Shown here piece by piece: positions 25,516-39,124 of a stretch of 64,000 nucleotides of DNA (the first letter of the stretch is position 1; each line of letters begins with the position of its first letter). This DNA comes from Epiperipatus broadwayi (lineage: Eukaryota > Animalia > Onychophora). Under the pieces are notes generated by a model that did no database searches, was not told the origin of the DNA, and was given only the letters and a program-made list of their open reading frames with translations. The stretch lies in the NCBI GenBank assembly GCA_028023455.1, contig JAQFVV010000003.1, positions 18,042,001 through 18,106,000 on the forward strand, written 5' to 3'. Both the position numbers and the translations under genes were made by a program.

Positions 25516-28500
25516 TGAAGCGATCAGTGGGTATGCACACACAGAGCTTCATGTTAATGCTAGAATGTGTATATCTATAGATTTTTAAAGATCAAATATC
25601 TAATTTTTCATTTTTTTATTTTTTGTTAAAAGGGATAATATACAGATGCACGTGTGTGTCTTGATGAATGAGAGGGCTCATATATATATATCTTGTTTTA
25701 TTGAAATGCATTTTTTATATATATTTAGAAAGATATATTTCCTTTGTCATATATATTTTTTCCTAAAAGGCAATTCTTTTCTTGCGAATAACATTTTTAT
25801 GTTTTTTTTTTTTTAAAAAAAACATTCCGAAAGATGTAGTTGCATGGAAGTGTTAAATTATTTTCTCATCTTTAAGGCCATTAAAAAGACAATTAAGATT
25901 TTCATACCTTGGTGTAATCTTAACAGGATTGTGTCAACTGATTTAAATCAAAGATCAATCCAGTGGTCTGTTTTCATTTCTAACCCAGGGCAGTTGTAGT
26001 ATAGGTGTTAAAAATATAGAAAACAAAGAGTTGCTTAGCAAAAGTTTTCATATAAATATTGGGCTAAATTTTTTAGAAGGCAGTCAAAGAATCAAGACCG
26101 TCAAAGTCAAGCAGTCAAAAAATAAAAATAAAGTTGTTGGCAGTGAAAAAAAGTTTTTTTTAAAAGCAAGAAGTTTTTAAGAGTCAAAGTGACTCTCTCT
26201 AATAGACCAATTGACTATATTTAAGCTGAGAATAGATCATCGCTATGGTCTGTGGGTAGGAAAAATTTATCTTTCCCTTCTCTGGAAAATCTCCAGAAAA
26301 ATGCATCTAAAGAAGAGAAAAAAATCCAATTGATCCCGTGCTGCTGCCTGAAAGAAAATGGAAAACCAACTTCGAAGCCAGTCTATCCTGAGTCCAGTAA
26401 AGCTCAAGGTCAATCCTGACAATGAGTGAACCAGTAGGAAAATATCTGCCTCAATCAAAGTGACAGAGTAATCCATCGCAAGTATAAACTTTTAATCTTT
26501 AAAAAATATTTATATCTTAGAAATGCCTTCTATAAAAACTCGAGAACATTTAATTTCCTCAAATTTATAAAATTCGTAAAAGACTATCTTAAAAAAGATG
26601 TGTTTCAAAAGGGCAGTGATATATATGATTGTTTTAGTTTTTTTATTATTGTTTTTAACAAGTCAATTTGAATTATAACTAGATTACTTATTAATGATTA
26701 AAAAAAGGAGTGTAATGTATAATTCTAAGTGGAACAAAAGATTATTATAGAGTTTATAAATATAGCTTTTATATGTTTTATTTTGAGATATGCCGGTATG
26801 TTTTCTTTAGGTATAAAAATATATATATTTGATTGATTAATTTATTTATGCCAATCTAGTAAAGTATGAGGACAAATGATATTATACTATTAAACCAATT
26901 TATGTATAAATTTGTTTGCTTTATCCCGAATCTAAAGTGGGAAAGGGGCAACGATTTTTATAATGGTAAAATAAGAAACAGTCAAAGTTAAATTTCTTAA
27001 ATCGTGTCCAATTTTGGCTTAGTTAAAAATGTCATTTATTTTTTTAAAAAAAACAGAGAGGTAAGAAATCGAATATCTGTATTAAAAAGAGAGAAAGGAA
27101 ATCAAGTATCTGTATTAAAAGTCTGCCCTCTTCCCGTATATGCATAATTACAGTACCTTGTTAAAGAAATTTAAAATATAAATGATGTTAAAATTATTTT
27201 ATTTGATTTAGATTAAGATTCTTTGTGACAATTAAAAAAATATTATATATATGCGTATATTTAAGTGTTGAAATAAAAAAATATATATATTGATAGTGCT
27301 TCTTTCTCAAGTATAAAACGGGCAATATTACTTATTGCAAAGATATGTGTTCATCTCACTCTATATATATTTAGTGATGCATGCATTTGGGGAAAGAAAT
27401 ATCTCAGCAGTAGTATTTTTTTGCCTCTTTAGCACTTGGGCATTTTATAGCCTATAAGATATGGTTGTCTTAAATTTCCCCATTATTACTTATTTAATAC
27501 AGATTTAGGAAAATATCTATGCAGATATAAGTTAATGCTTTTAATAGGCAAATATATCAGTGGTGCTTAATAAAATGATCTGTGCCTATATGGCTTTTAA
27601 TAATGAATATATGTTGAGTAATGCTATGCGGACTGCCAGACGGATATTTTACCCGTCCTGGCGATACGAGATAGCCATGATTTTCTTTGAGCCGATGAAT
27701 GGGTATACTCTATGACGATAGGAATTCAAAGCCCACGCTCTAATATTTCCTATACAAGCCAAGCTGAATGCGGATGTGTTATCATTATTGCTTGACAAAG
27801 GAGATTGGCCCATGTTTGCCAATGCTAATAATATAGCCGGCACAGGATTCGAACCCAGATGCCACTGAATGCTGTAATTAGATTTCTTAATCATACCTGT
27901 TGGTAATGCTGTGTGAAATAGATAAACCATATTTATCATATAACTATTAATAATGAAGGGAGCTAAAATTATGTTTTGGTCCATAACTCCTGCTGGGAAT
28001 ACTAAAAGTAAAATATAATAATATTAAAAATATATATACTTAACTTCCTCTATGTATGTAAACACACACATAAATTTATTATATATATCTATTTGGCCTC
28101 TAACTTAATATAACCAGGTATTGTGTTTGCTCTCCATAATTGGCATATTAATTTTATAGTGGCATATTTCTTGATAAAATATTATCATTCTTAATATAAA
28201 AATTTGTTTTGTGCTGACACATGTATAATACTGATTATTTACTATGTGTGTAACTATCATTTCTGGTTAATTTATAATTATTGTTTTGATTCACAATTGT
28301 TGTTGTCATGAATTCCAGTATGACTTCATTGTAATGCACACACACATCTAATACTGATGTTCATTATTGTATTTGTTGTTTTAATAGTACATAACCTTGG
28401 TTGTCATTATTGACAGGTGACTTCTTTGATAAAATCATACATTTATCCTGGTGATATCTAAATACTGTACTTCTATAAATAACTTATGGTTGAATATTGT

Positions 28501-29103
28501 AATTCTTGGTAAAAATCACATATTTATCCTAGTGATATTTAAATTTTGTACCATTATCAATAACTGATAATTAAACATTGTAATTATTATTTTTTGGTTT
28601 AAATGTAACCCCATACATAGATCATAATAAGATCCAAACATGGTTATTATTATTTATATTATCTAATGAATTGTGTTAATAAATTGTATATATCTATACC
28701 GTTGTCATGTCATTCCCTGGTTCATCATATCCACTCAGCCATATCCACACTTGATTACGTCATATATGGATGTATCCAAAACCTATGAAATATTTAAAAT
28801 AATATTTTGAGCTATATCAAAGTATTTAGTGTATATCTTAGAGTAAATTAATAAAGTCTAGTGCATGATAGGCTAAGTTTGTATTGAGAGTCCTTGTTTC
28901 TACCCTGACCACCGGGACCAAAGAAAAACAATAACCATTAATAGCATCAGGAGCGTTGATTGGATAGTGGAGATTTTGGAGCACTAGCAAATAGGTTAAA
29001 GCTTAGTACTGTTCCACGACTACCATATCCTGAACATACTGGGTTTGAAGTACTTTTGCTAGGTCTCTGAATCTTGTTGGTTGATCAGACAATTCTGGCC
29101 ATT

Positions 29104-29106
<3 letters not shown>
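25516..29106 (+). repeat. ~3.6-kb direct repeat, right copy (LTR-like, TG...CA), followed by (AT)n
   Basis: See left copy. Ends attaca at 29106 and is immediately followed by atatatat... Confidence 0.95.
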
Positions 29107-29138
<32 letters not shown>

Positions 29139-29989
29139 GAACAGAAAATTAAACTATAATTTTTGGAGACTGAATTGAACTTTTTACTGTTGGAGATTGT
29201 TTAGCAGTACTTTCAGTACTGGTGGAAGGTTTTGTCATTGTTGCAATGCTTTCATTCCATTTCAACACTATGTCAGTTTTAGTTTTAATGAGTTTTGATG
29301 TTTCCGCTTGTTTTTCATGTTCAGTTAACATATTTCTGCCATGAGTCCTTTAAGTGTCAAAGAAAATGAGCAAAGCGTACGTTTAAAATTTGTGTTTGCC
29401 TGTCTTTAAGACTGAAAGCAGCAAAGCATACTTTTGAAGTTTTATATTTATACACTCTTAAGACTCAAAGAAGCAGGGCATTGCAAAGATTTTTGCGTTA
29501 TTTCTATATGGGGTTATAAGTAACTTAAAGTGTCTAAATTGAGATCTGATGTTCATGTTGTATTGAGTGCTTATAGTCCAGTGGCTGGATTCTCTATCTA
29601 TCCCAGAATTCCTGGTCACATATGAATTCTTTTGCTATCAGATCTTGGCCACATATCTGAGATAGATTTTGATAAATGGCTTATTATATGAACTTGTTGT
29701 TGTTTATGCATATGTCCTTGAAATAAAAATAAATAATAATGAAAATAATGATGAACAGAAATTAGTCACACATGCATGACCAGAAAAGAAATGGAGAATA
29801 AAGCAGATAAATAAATTATATAAACAAAACCAGGAGTTGAGAGCACCAACATTTAAAAAAAGGCTGATTAGGGATAATATTAATAGTAGTAGTATTAGGT
29901 AAGGTGAAAGGTTGCATGAAAGGGGAGGTGATGTGATGCTTAGTCCATGAAATAATATTTTTTAAAAGATTTGTATTTGTTTGTTATAG

Positions 29990-30700
29990 AATTAATCTAA
30001 TACAATTTTCTTTTAAGTTTAAAATTGATCATATATTTATAACCTGATAAAAACCAAGTTGAAAAAAATGAAGGAAGAATATGATCAAGAAAAAAATCAC
30101 CAATCAACTAAAGGTGCCTACAAATCAGAAAATATATCCATATAGCCCAGTTATTGCAAATGTATAAAGAAATGAAAGAAAGTAATCAGAGAGTAACAGA
30201 CACAGTTTATGAAAAGGTGTAAAGAAATAGAAGAAATTCAGATGCTTCTAAACAAAAGAGAAAAAAGAAATCTGAAAAATATGTTGTTTAAAGAAATGAA
30301 AATGCAATCAGAAGCAAGATTGCAAAACAGATACAGAAAGTCAAACAAAAATGAAAAAAAATGTTCAGGAAGACAATCAGAATATACCCCAAATAATGGA
30401 TAAGGAATAGAAAAAACAGAATAACAAAACAGAAGGTGTTATATATCATTTTCAGAATGTAATGCAAAAGAAAATAGAAATAACAGATCATTTTATAATT
30501 GAACTAGAGATATTAGACTAAAAAAATGCATCAAAATAATTGGATGAAAGTATAGAAAATGAACAAAAGTAGATAGAAATAATGAATCAAAATAATGAAT
30601 AATGAAAGAAGAAGGTGAGAAAACAGAAAGTTAAAAGAACAAGTAACAGGAAAAGTAGAGAATTAAATATCACAAGAGATATACATAGTGTAACAGAAGC
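29990..30700 (+). mobile_element. Copy of an unassigned repeat family with decayed coiled-coil-rich ORF (ORF1/gag-like)
   Basis: ORF 30209..30403 (LFKEMKMQSEARLQ) matches ORF 45429..45623 (LFTEMKVQSEARLQ), and the upstream DNA is also homologous. Confidence 0.6.
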
Positions 30701-31746
30701 CAGTTTTAAACCATGTTCCAAGGTAAAAAGAAGTTTAGGTAGCCACACATACATAGATATATTTTGATGTACATATTTGATTGAATGAATTAATGAAAGC
30801 AGTCTTAAGGGGGGGTCTTCTGATTTGTATTTTTGGGTGTTATTAGAATTTTATGCTGTTATTGTGATTGCTAACAATTTTTCTGACCTACAATACTGCA
30901 AGTAAGATGTATATGCTAGCTGACACGAGTATGTTAGGGTGAAACCGTAAATGTATTGGGTTTTCATTCCCACTGCTCCATGAAGGAAATCAAAGCTGCT
31001 CCATGATCCGATAATTGTTTGAACTTCACGAATCTGCATCCATATACCTTTGCCACATCAAACATTTGGATTCACTATCATTTCATCAGGAATTAAAACA
31101 AAGACTTTCTTTGTTGGCAATCTTTATGATCACTGCATTATTAAGTAAGCTTACTTTATTCATGAATATGAACAATCTAATTTTCCTGGGAATCCAAAGG
31201 TAACAATATATTTTATTTCAAATGTATACGTATGCATATTATTAATTTCATAATATTGCCTGTAATTATTTCTATTAAATCTAATAGATAATTCTAAAGA
31301 AAAAATATTTAATCAATCAATAAAAATTTAATTTGTCAAAATATATATTTATGCTTATATTTCCATTAAACGATTGAGCACTATCATTCTTTTTTTTATT
31401 TCCATTATTTTATAGTTATTCATTTAATTAAAATGTTTATATGTTTTCATTATTAAACAATTTAATGCATATGGCCCCAAAGTAACACTTCTCTGTCAGG
31501 TCTCAGGACTACCCAACCTAAATGAGCTAGCTAGTGACCGAGCATTAAGTAATATATTATTATTATTCTCATTAAATTCCTTCAATATAATTCTTACACA
31601 AGTATAGAATTAGCACATGGAATCAGAAAATGCCAACATCCATAAATATATTGATTGGGGAAATATTAATTAATGATTAATAGAAACGAAGGCTGAGTAT
31701 TCCCATATGTAAATAATTATGTCTGTTATTTTGTCTTTTTTTTAAA

Positions 31747-31860
31747 TTAAACCATTAAGCATCACATGATCACTATCTTATACTAGCACATAATTGTTTG
31801 TAAACAAAGCAAAACTCTGGTTGGCACAGGGTGGCAATACTGTATGGAGAGTTTTGCTTT
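31747..31860. mobile_element. HHR repeat family 1, locus D: short head-to-head remnant (no HHR retained)
   Basis: Antisense aagcatcacatgatc...gcaaaactct followed by sense gcacagggtggcaatactgtatggagagttttgc. Confidence 0.75.
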
Positions 31861-33999
31861 TTTTTTTTTTTTTTTATTGATGGGAGATTAAGTTTTAAAA
31901 TAATTTGTCTCCGGACTATGGCTGCTACAAGTCGATCTTGGCAAATTGAATGTTTTGTTTATGTATAAATCATTAATATCATTTAATAATACATTATATA
32001 AGAGTATGTTAATAAAGATAGTGTAAGTTCAACTCAATACAGATGGAGAGGGTATCAACCTGTTACAATAGTAAATACCAGAGTGATCTATAAATTTTTA
32101 CAAGACCAGATATTTCAATTGAAAGTGTTGAATGTTGGTTCTCTGTTAAATGAACAAATAAAAATTTGTTTAGTTATAACTTATTGAATGTGCTCTGCAG
32201 ATCTTTGCTTTACCTATGCTTACATTTTACCTACCCTCATATACTATTTCAAGCCCTAAACTTATTGTGGTGTGTGCATACTGTGCATATATACCGAAAT
32301 CCCACCTAATTTAGACTTCTAATGAGGTACCCATGGGTTTTATTGTAATGAAATTTCTCATAGTGGTTCTATTTTCAAACTGTCAAATATATATACGTAT
32401 ATTCTCATACAGCAAAAGTAGGTCACATATTCTCATCTATACACATACTGTGATATATGGTCAAATGTTTTTATAAATGGCCTAAAATAGTTTTAAAACT
32501 TTGAAATCTTTTAAAGGGTTTTGAAAAGAATTTTAGTTTATATTTTATTAGGTTTGGTCTTATTTTAAATAGCAATAAATGAGGGTGGAGAAAGAGAACA
32601 ATAGAACTAATTTTAACTTATTTATGCCCAGTTTCACTAATAAGTTTTTTTTTTTTCTATCAAGATTAGAAATAACAGAGGTTCACTAGCAAAATTTAAT
32701 TAAATGCATCGTAATCAGAATATCTGGGAATGTAAGTAAGTAAAATTAATTAATCTAAGTGCATTCCTTTGGTTTCTGATCAAATTAATGGCATTAGTTC
32801 AATGGATTTATCACCGAGGGCTATAGCATTATATAGTCTAGAAAGATGGATAAGTAAAGCAGATTATAAAAAAAGATATAGTTCTTCTGATTCTATTCAG
32901 GGACATTATTATTCTGAGTTTGGTCAGTGAAGAATTATTGTCAAATTATTAATTGATAGTGACTTAGCAGAATTACCAGCAAGTTATAAAAGTTGTTAAA
33001 AAAAAGAAATCACCTTACTGGATCCTTGATGGGAAGTAAATTTGGTCAAACAGTTTTACTAATGATGGAGTAGAAAGAGGCAGGGTACTGTTTTACCCCA
33101 GGAGTGGCTAGCTTGCTGTCCATCATTTACCACCTGATGTCCTGTTATTATATCATTTAATGCCCAACTTAACCATCCTATTATAATAGGTTGGAATGTT
33201 GCTGATGAAACATACATCTTTAATGCTGCCTAAATAATGCTGCTGAAGCCCCTCAAATCCATAGACTTAAGAATGAACTGAAGCTGCTCAAGAAATCCAT
33301 TAAACTCTTTGAAAGTGCACACAGACTGTTCTTAAAAGCTGAGGTAATATAAAAATTAACCCGAGATATCTCATAAATAATTCCAATCTGTAGCTAATCT
33401 TTTATTGTATTTATTCATTTAGTTTTTGTCTTTTAATGCATGTTTAATTCCTACTGATCTTCTTTATATATTTGTTTAATGTCTCATTTTATTCTTTAGT
33501 ATAATGTGCTTGAATAAACTCCGCTGATCGATCCAACTATTCCCTTTTATAATACTATTTCATAAACTACCATTTTGATGCAGACTTAAATGTTAAATTA
33601 GCCCTCTTATTATTTGTTTTAAAAATCTCAATGGCTCACTCATCTGAGGGTTTATTCTCTATAAAAGTTTTTGCTAAGAATGAAAGTACTAATATAATAT
33701 GCATTCTTATCCAAATATGTTTCCTCCATAAATTCCATGTGAAATATTTAAATTAATCCATTCAAGCATGTGTGAGTTACGTAGGAAAGTTTCATATAAA
33801 TGCTTGGTTGCCTCACTATTTTATTAAAACAACAATCACGCATTTCCCTCCCTGTACTTTAACTGATATTAAAATATTTATATTTTCACGTCTTATGTAA
33901 ATCAATTTTCAGCTAGTTATTTATTCATTCATTTTTGATGGGAAGTATGCAGGCCATCAGAAAATCAATGTTAAGAGAGAGCTATTCTGCCCATTCATG

Positions 34000-35012
34000 A
34001 ACTGCCATTTTTTTTATACCTGTTTTATGATTAATTGTGTGTTGCCAGCGAATGTGCTGGATGTTGAGACTTACTTTGCTACTTTCCCAAAGGCATCAAT
34101 GGATGAGACCATACCCTTTTCTTCCACAGTTCCCAGTAGGGTGTGACATGGAATGTCTCACATGGGAATTATACACATACATCCCTACAGTTATGAAGCT
34201 CCTGGGTGTGGGCCAGGTTTGGGCTGTTTAAAATGACTAGAGATTTCCTGGATAAATGGCAAACTATATATCCATGACCATAATTATTTTATCTATTTTT
34301 TTAAAGTCACAGTTTCAACATACCACAATTCATCCTTAGCATCATACCTCACTGGCACCACCATATACTTCATTATGAATTTATTGTTACATTTATTTCC
34401 ATCAGATTTAGTGTAGCTCTGTCTTATACCTAAAACTCCATGATTTACCTGGATTATTCTCCCATCAAATATCAAGATTTTCCCTACTATTTTAATTAGT
34501 TTTGATTTGTTAAGTTTTCTTTAATGCTTTGCATAGCTCGTATATGCTTACAATATCACAGTACAAATAGGCACATTATAATAATTTTTAATCCAAGTAT
34601 GAAGTCCTATATCAGTAGTCTTTTATATAGCTATCAAATTTGTATAGCTAATATTGTTTATAAATTAATGTCTAATAAATATTATATTTGAATTGATTAA
34701 TTACACTTTTTTACATTTACTTATCCCAATGGTCTAAGTTACATACCATATCCATTGATAGGTACCATCTTTGGCACATCTATAGTTCTCGTTAGTCGAA
34801 CCTAGGGTTATTTAATTTAGAGTCTCTTGTTTTCTACCTGACCACCGGCACCAGTAATAAACTGCTATTTGTAATGTCAGATGTGCTGTCATGTATGTGG
34901 TGCTGTGGAGCTCGGATGTTGGATTTGAGCTGAGGATTTCTAGAAGGCAACCCTTCTAAAGTGTTAAGTTTCATGTCTAAGATTTGAATTCTGCAGTGTG
35001 TTAGTGAGATAA
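34000..35012 (-). mobile_element. Decayed LTR retrotransposon remnant: LTR-like end related to the terminus of the 3.6-kb repeat, plus possible gag debris
   Basis: Shares gagtc.cttgttt(t)ctac(c)ctgaccaccgg with 22725-22752 and ends tctgaccattaca like ttctggccattaca (29106). Minus-strand ORF 34293..34475 (KILIFDG...RYDAKDELWY) is weakly gag-like. Confidence 0.4.
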
Positions 35013-35039
35013 GTGAATCTGACCATTACACTATCAAAT

Positions 35040-35400
35040 AAATTAATTCAAATTATTGCATATGATGGCAAAAGATGTATTGAGCTGGTAGTGGACTTCC
35101 TAAGACAACAAACCAATGAAAGATTAGGAAGAGATTTTGGCTCTTCCAACTTCTAATATAAAACATTTCTGAAAATGAAAGACAACACTAAGATAAAGAA
35201 TGGGGTTGAGTAAATAAATCATGTAGATAATCCAAGTCAGAAGGTCTAAATAAGAAGAAAAATTAATAGCAGTTCAGAGAGTAAAGAAAATCTGAATGGT
35301 TATCACCTATCCCAGTGCAACTAAAGTGGAAAAAATTAAGGCACAAATATCAATCTCCAGTAATTTATCAGATTGGAAGATATTCTCAAATATCCCTATC
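35040..35400 (+). mobile_element. Fragment of the coiled-coil repeat family (homologous to 44600-44960 minus)
   Basis: catatgatggcaaa..tgtat.ga.ctg.tagt (YDGK(R)CIEL) and caatctccagtaattta.cag..tggaaga are shared with the reverse complement of 44600-44960. Confidence 0.65.
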
Positions 35401-35537
35401 ACTTTGAACACTCTCACTAATAAGGTGACCATTAAAATGTATAGTTAAAACAATAAGAACTGAAATGTGGATTCCCATTTCATTGTCTCATCATTCTAAG
35501 AGTAGATTATTGTAATATTGTAGGCACCAACTCTGGT

Positions 35538-36215
35538 CATGACAATATCACAAGCTTCTTAAATTTAGAATTATTTAATTAATAGGGAAATAATATTTAC
35601 TTTTCTATGTTTTTTTTAATAATAATGGATAGTTCATTTAAAAATTAAATGAATTTTCTAACCAATTGATAATATGAAAATTCTATTTGCATGATTGTAG
35701 AGAGGAAAGAAAATGATAAAACAATGTAAATATTTAAATAACTCTGTTCAGTAATTATTTACCAGTTTTAATTTTGAAAAAGTTTACTGAAAATTTTTAA
35801 TTTTAATTTTTTCACAGATATACAGTAAATAAAGTTTTATGTTTAATATTATTTTTAAAAAGAAGAAAGAAAATAATAATAAAATTCTAACATTTTTGTT
35901 AAATTTTATATTTATTTAGTTATTTTTTCTTTTATTTTTATCTTGCTCTTTCTAAATCAAAGATAATTAAAAAGATTAATTTATTTTTGTACAAGAGAAA
36001 AACAAGTACAGGGTAATTTTTTGACTTGTTTTACAATAAAAAAAGAAAATAACTGAACAATTGTTTTTGTAAAAATGGACCTAATTGCTTAGTAGTAAAT
36101 TTTGTCATGTAAGAGACAGAATTGTGATTTGTGGGGAAAAGATTTGTTCCAAAAATAGGGGAAAAGTAAGTCTTCTTGTAAAAAGAGATCATTCTTAATC
36201 AAGCTGTTGAAAAGA
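35538..36215 (+). repeat. Dispersed ~700-bp AT-rich repeat, copy 2
   Basis: Colinear with 16347-17062. Confidence 0.85.
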
Positions 36216-38463
36216 GTAATTATTAATCAAGCCTCTCATGCCATCAGTTTCCTCTATATACTAATTGCAGCAATGGAATTGTGTTATTATGCATCCACAT
36301 TTCCATTCTTTAACTATATGCACAGAACTGTTAACTCCAATTTTTTTTTTTTAAAACTTTCAAAAACTAAGAAATTAATAACATAGTCTGGCTTTTGCTG
36401 ACAAAGATTTATGATTAGCAGTCTTATTTAAAGATCCCCTTTCTGTCACAAAGTAGGACTAAAAAGATGGTCTAAAATGGCCTAATTCACATAATCTGTC
36501 TAGAATATCATGCCTAGTAAATTACTATAGTGACAAAAATAATACTATCAGTAGTAATGATCGTATATACTTCCAATGGACTACTCTAAGTTTGCACATT
36601 AAATTCAGATACAATTCAGGCTAGTTCATCCATGCCTCATCCCTCTTTCAGGTTTCATTATGCTTCAGTATTCAAACTCAGGGAGAATTTGCCTTCAGCT
36701 CTCTTCAGAGATAAATTTATTGTATAGCAACTATTGCACCTCTATACAGATTCCAATTGACTTAAGATGCATCCAACCCTATTACTGTATCATTGTATAT
36801 AAGGAAAAGATGTGTGGGCACATATATATAGTCAAATAAATTGATGGCTAAACATATTAATGATTCCAATAAACTAGAGACCAGTTAAATTTTAAATCAA
36901 ATTAACAACTTTTATTAATAACAAATAAAATTTAAAATTCATTTAACATAATAAAAGATGGTTATATGTGTCAAGTATGCATTTCTATCATATTGTAAGA
37001 GATGGCTTACAACTGACCTACACACCTGTCCCAATTTCTTTTTCAATATTTGAATTCAGACCAAGTGGTAGGCAAATTAAATATCTTATCTACTTGCTTA
37101 TATAAATGTAGTATATCCATATATAAACATACAAATAAACTAATGTGTTTGAAATAGAATATATTATATACTCACTTATACAAATGTAGTATATACATTT
37201 ATAAAAATACATATAGATTAATATATTTGAGAAATTAATTCTCATTTTTTTTATATCTATTGTGAGAAAGCAAACAAAGTTGCTATACACATGATGTATA
37301 TACGCATATAAATGAATATGTTCATCTATTGGTAGAAATTAATTGTTTTTCTATTCTTTTTATTCATTTAATATTATTAATTAAAAATACTAATTGACTG
37401 ACATAGAACAGACATAATTAAAGAAAAAATTATATGGGATAAATTGTTGAGAAATGATAAAATTTGGAATAATGAAAATTAACTAAAAATAATAACAATA
37501 ATAATGTTTATAATTTGATTTTTTTTATCAAGTTGTAATAATAGGGTTTTTAGCAAGCCCATGACAATAGAGTGTTTCTCTTGACTGAAAAAATCTACAA
37601 TTGAATCAACAGAAAGTAGCATTTTTGATTTGAAAATCAGGAATTGAACAGACAGCAGAAAAAGTTAAGTTTTTATTTCTTTTAAGAAAAAAAAAACTTT
37701 TTGCTCTTTAAAAAAAAATATTAAAGTTTTAATATTTATAGTTTCAAGATGTTGAACTTTAATTTAAGATTGGCAGGAATGAATTAGTGACTTAAGTTAT
37801 TCTGCAAGCTAAATTTCATTATAACAGAAATTTTGCAAAGGAAATCTGAAACTATTAAAAATTAATTGTTGTCTTTAAAAACTATTTTTATATATATTGA
37901 AGCCACATCATAAATAACAGTTTATAAAAGGAATCAGTACAATGTATTCGGGGTAAAAAAAAACAGTACTGGAGGACTTTCCAGCTAACTTCTATGTCAT
38001 TAGGAAATTATGGAATTATGAAATTATAAAAATTTTCATCAGAATGTCTATCTCAAGAATTCTGCTGTACTGCCATCTTCCATGGATTCATATACGTTCA
38101 GAAAAGATATTTCATATACAAGTTTTTCAATTAAGGAGCATGAAATATATAATTAACAACAGAGTTGGAGAAAAAGAATGTTAGCCATGGATAGTAACAT
38201 TTTTTTGGACTGAATGCTTGCTTTATTCAAGATAAATTATATATCTTATTCACATGATGATTTTTTTTTCTTTTGTCATTTGTATTTGAAAATTTATATA
38301 TTGTAATTTTTTTTATTGTGTATTTAAAATTCATTTTTCAAATTCAATCACCTGCAATTTAAAAGTGGAGCAGTGGATGGATAGATATCATATGTTGAAA
38401 TATTTTAAAAAAAGGAATCTACTACCATTAATATGTATTTTTTTAATAAAAGTAAATTTTCAG

Positions 38464-38504
38464 ATTCCTTTCAACATTGATCCATCAAGACGACCTCATT
38501 TCAA
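38464..38504 (+). other. Candidate 41-nt exon of an unidentified host gene
   Basis: Pyrimidine tract and acceptor atttttcag, open frame IPFNIDPSRRPHF, donor AA/GTAAGG. No partner exons identified. Confidence 0.3.
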
Positions 38505-38942
38505 GTAAGGTTTTTCATATATTTAATATTAAGAGTAAGACTTTAGGACAACAAGACTAAATAATCTACTAACATTTACTTGTAATTTTGTTTTATTTCT
38601 GAATGCATAGCTAACCCACTGAGTAAATGATCTTTATCTATCATTAATTTCTACTATGACTTGCATACAAATAGATGGGGGTGAAGCTATATATATATAT
38701 TAATAAAAAAGAAAGTTATAAATGTATTTACCCTAGCCTAACAATATTTTAAAAATTACATTAATGGGGTAGTTTTAGAATTAGTAAATTCTCATTTTGC
38801 TTTTCTTTTTTTGTTGTTTTATGTATATATTTAATAATTATATAGTATAATTTTGTATATAATATACTTTAAATTATTTTGTTTCTGTTGTATGAATTTA
38901 TCAAGATGATAGAAAACCATTCTTGATAATCGAATATTTATT

Positions 38943-38999
38943 TAGCTCAGTGAGATGCAGAGATTTATAACTAGCTCAGTGAGATGCAGAGATTTATAA
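38943..38999 (+). repeat. Perfect 29-bp tandem duplication
   Basis: tagctcagtgagatgcagagatttataa occurs twice with period 29. Confidence 0.95.
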
Positions 39000-39124
39000 A
39001 ATATGAATTCTTATCTAAAAATATTTTCAATATGAAAAAAAAAAATAAAAGAAGCCACTGCCAGTAATAACACACACAAACATTTATTTAATATATATAA
39101 AAGTTAGCATTATTATTTTAATTA

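Noticed and set aside
20085-27984. Paired ORFs 20085/26267 and 21466/21660/27649
   Set aside because: Duplicated only because they lie in the 3.6-kb repeat; indels between the copies break the frames and no domain is recognisable.
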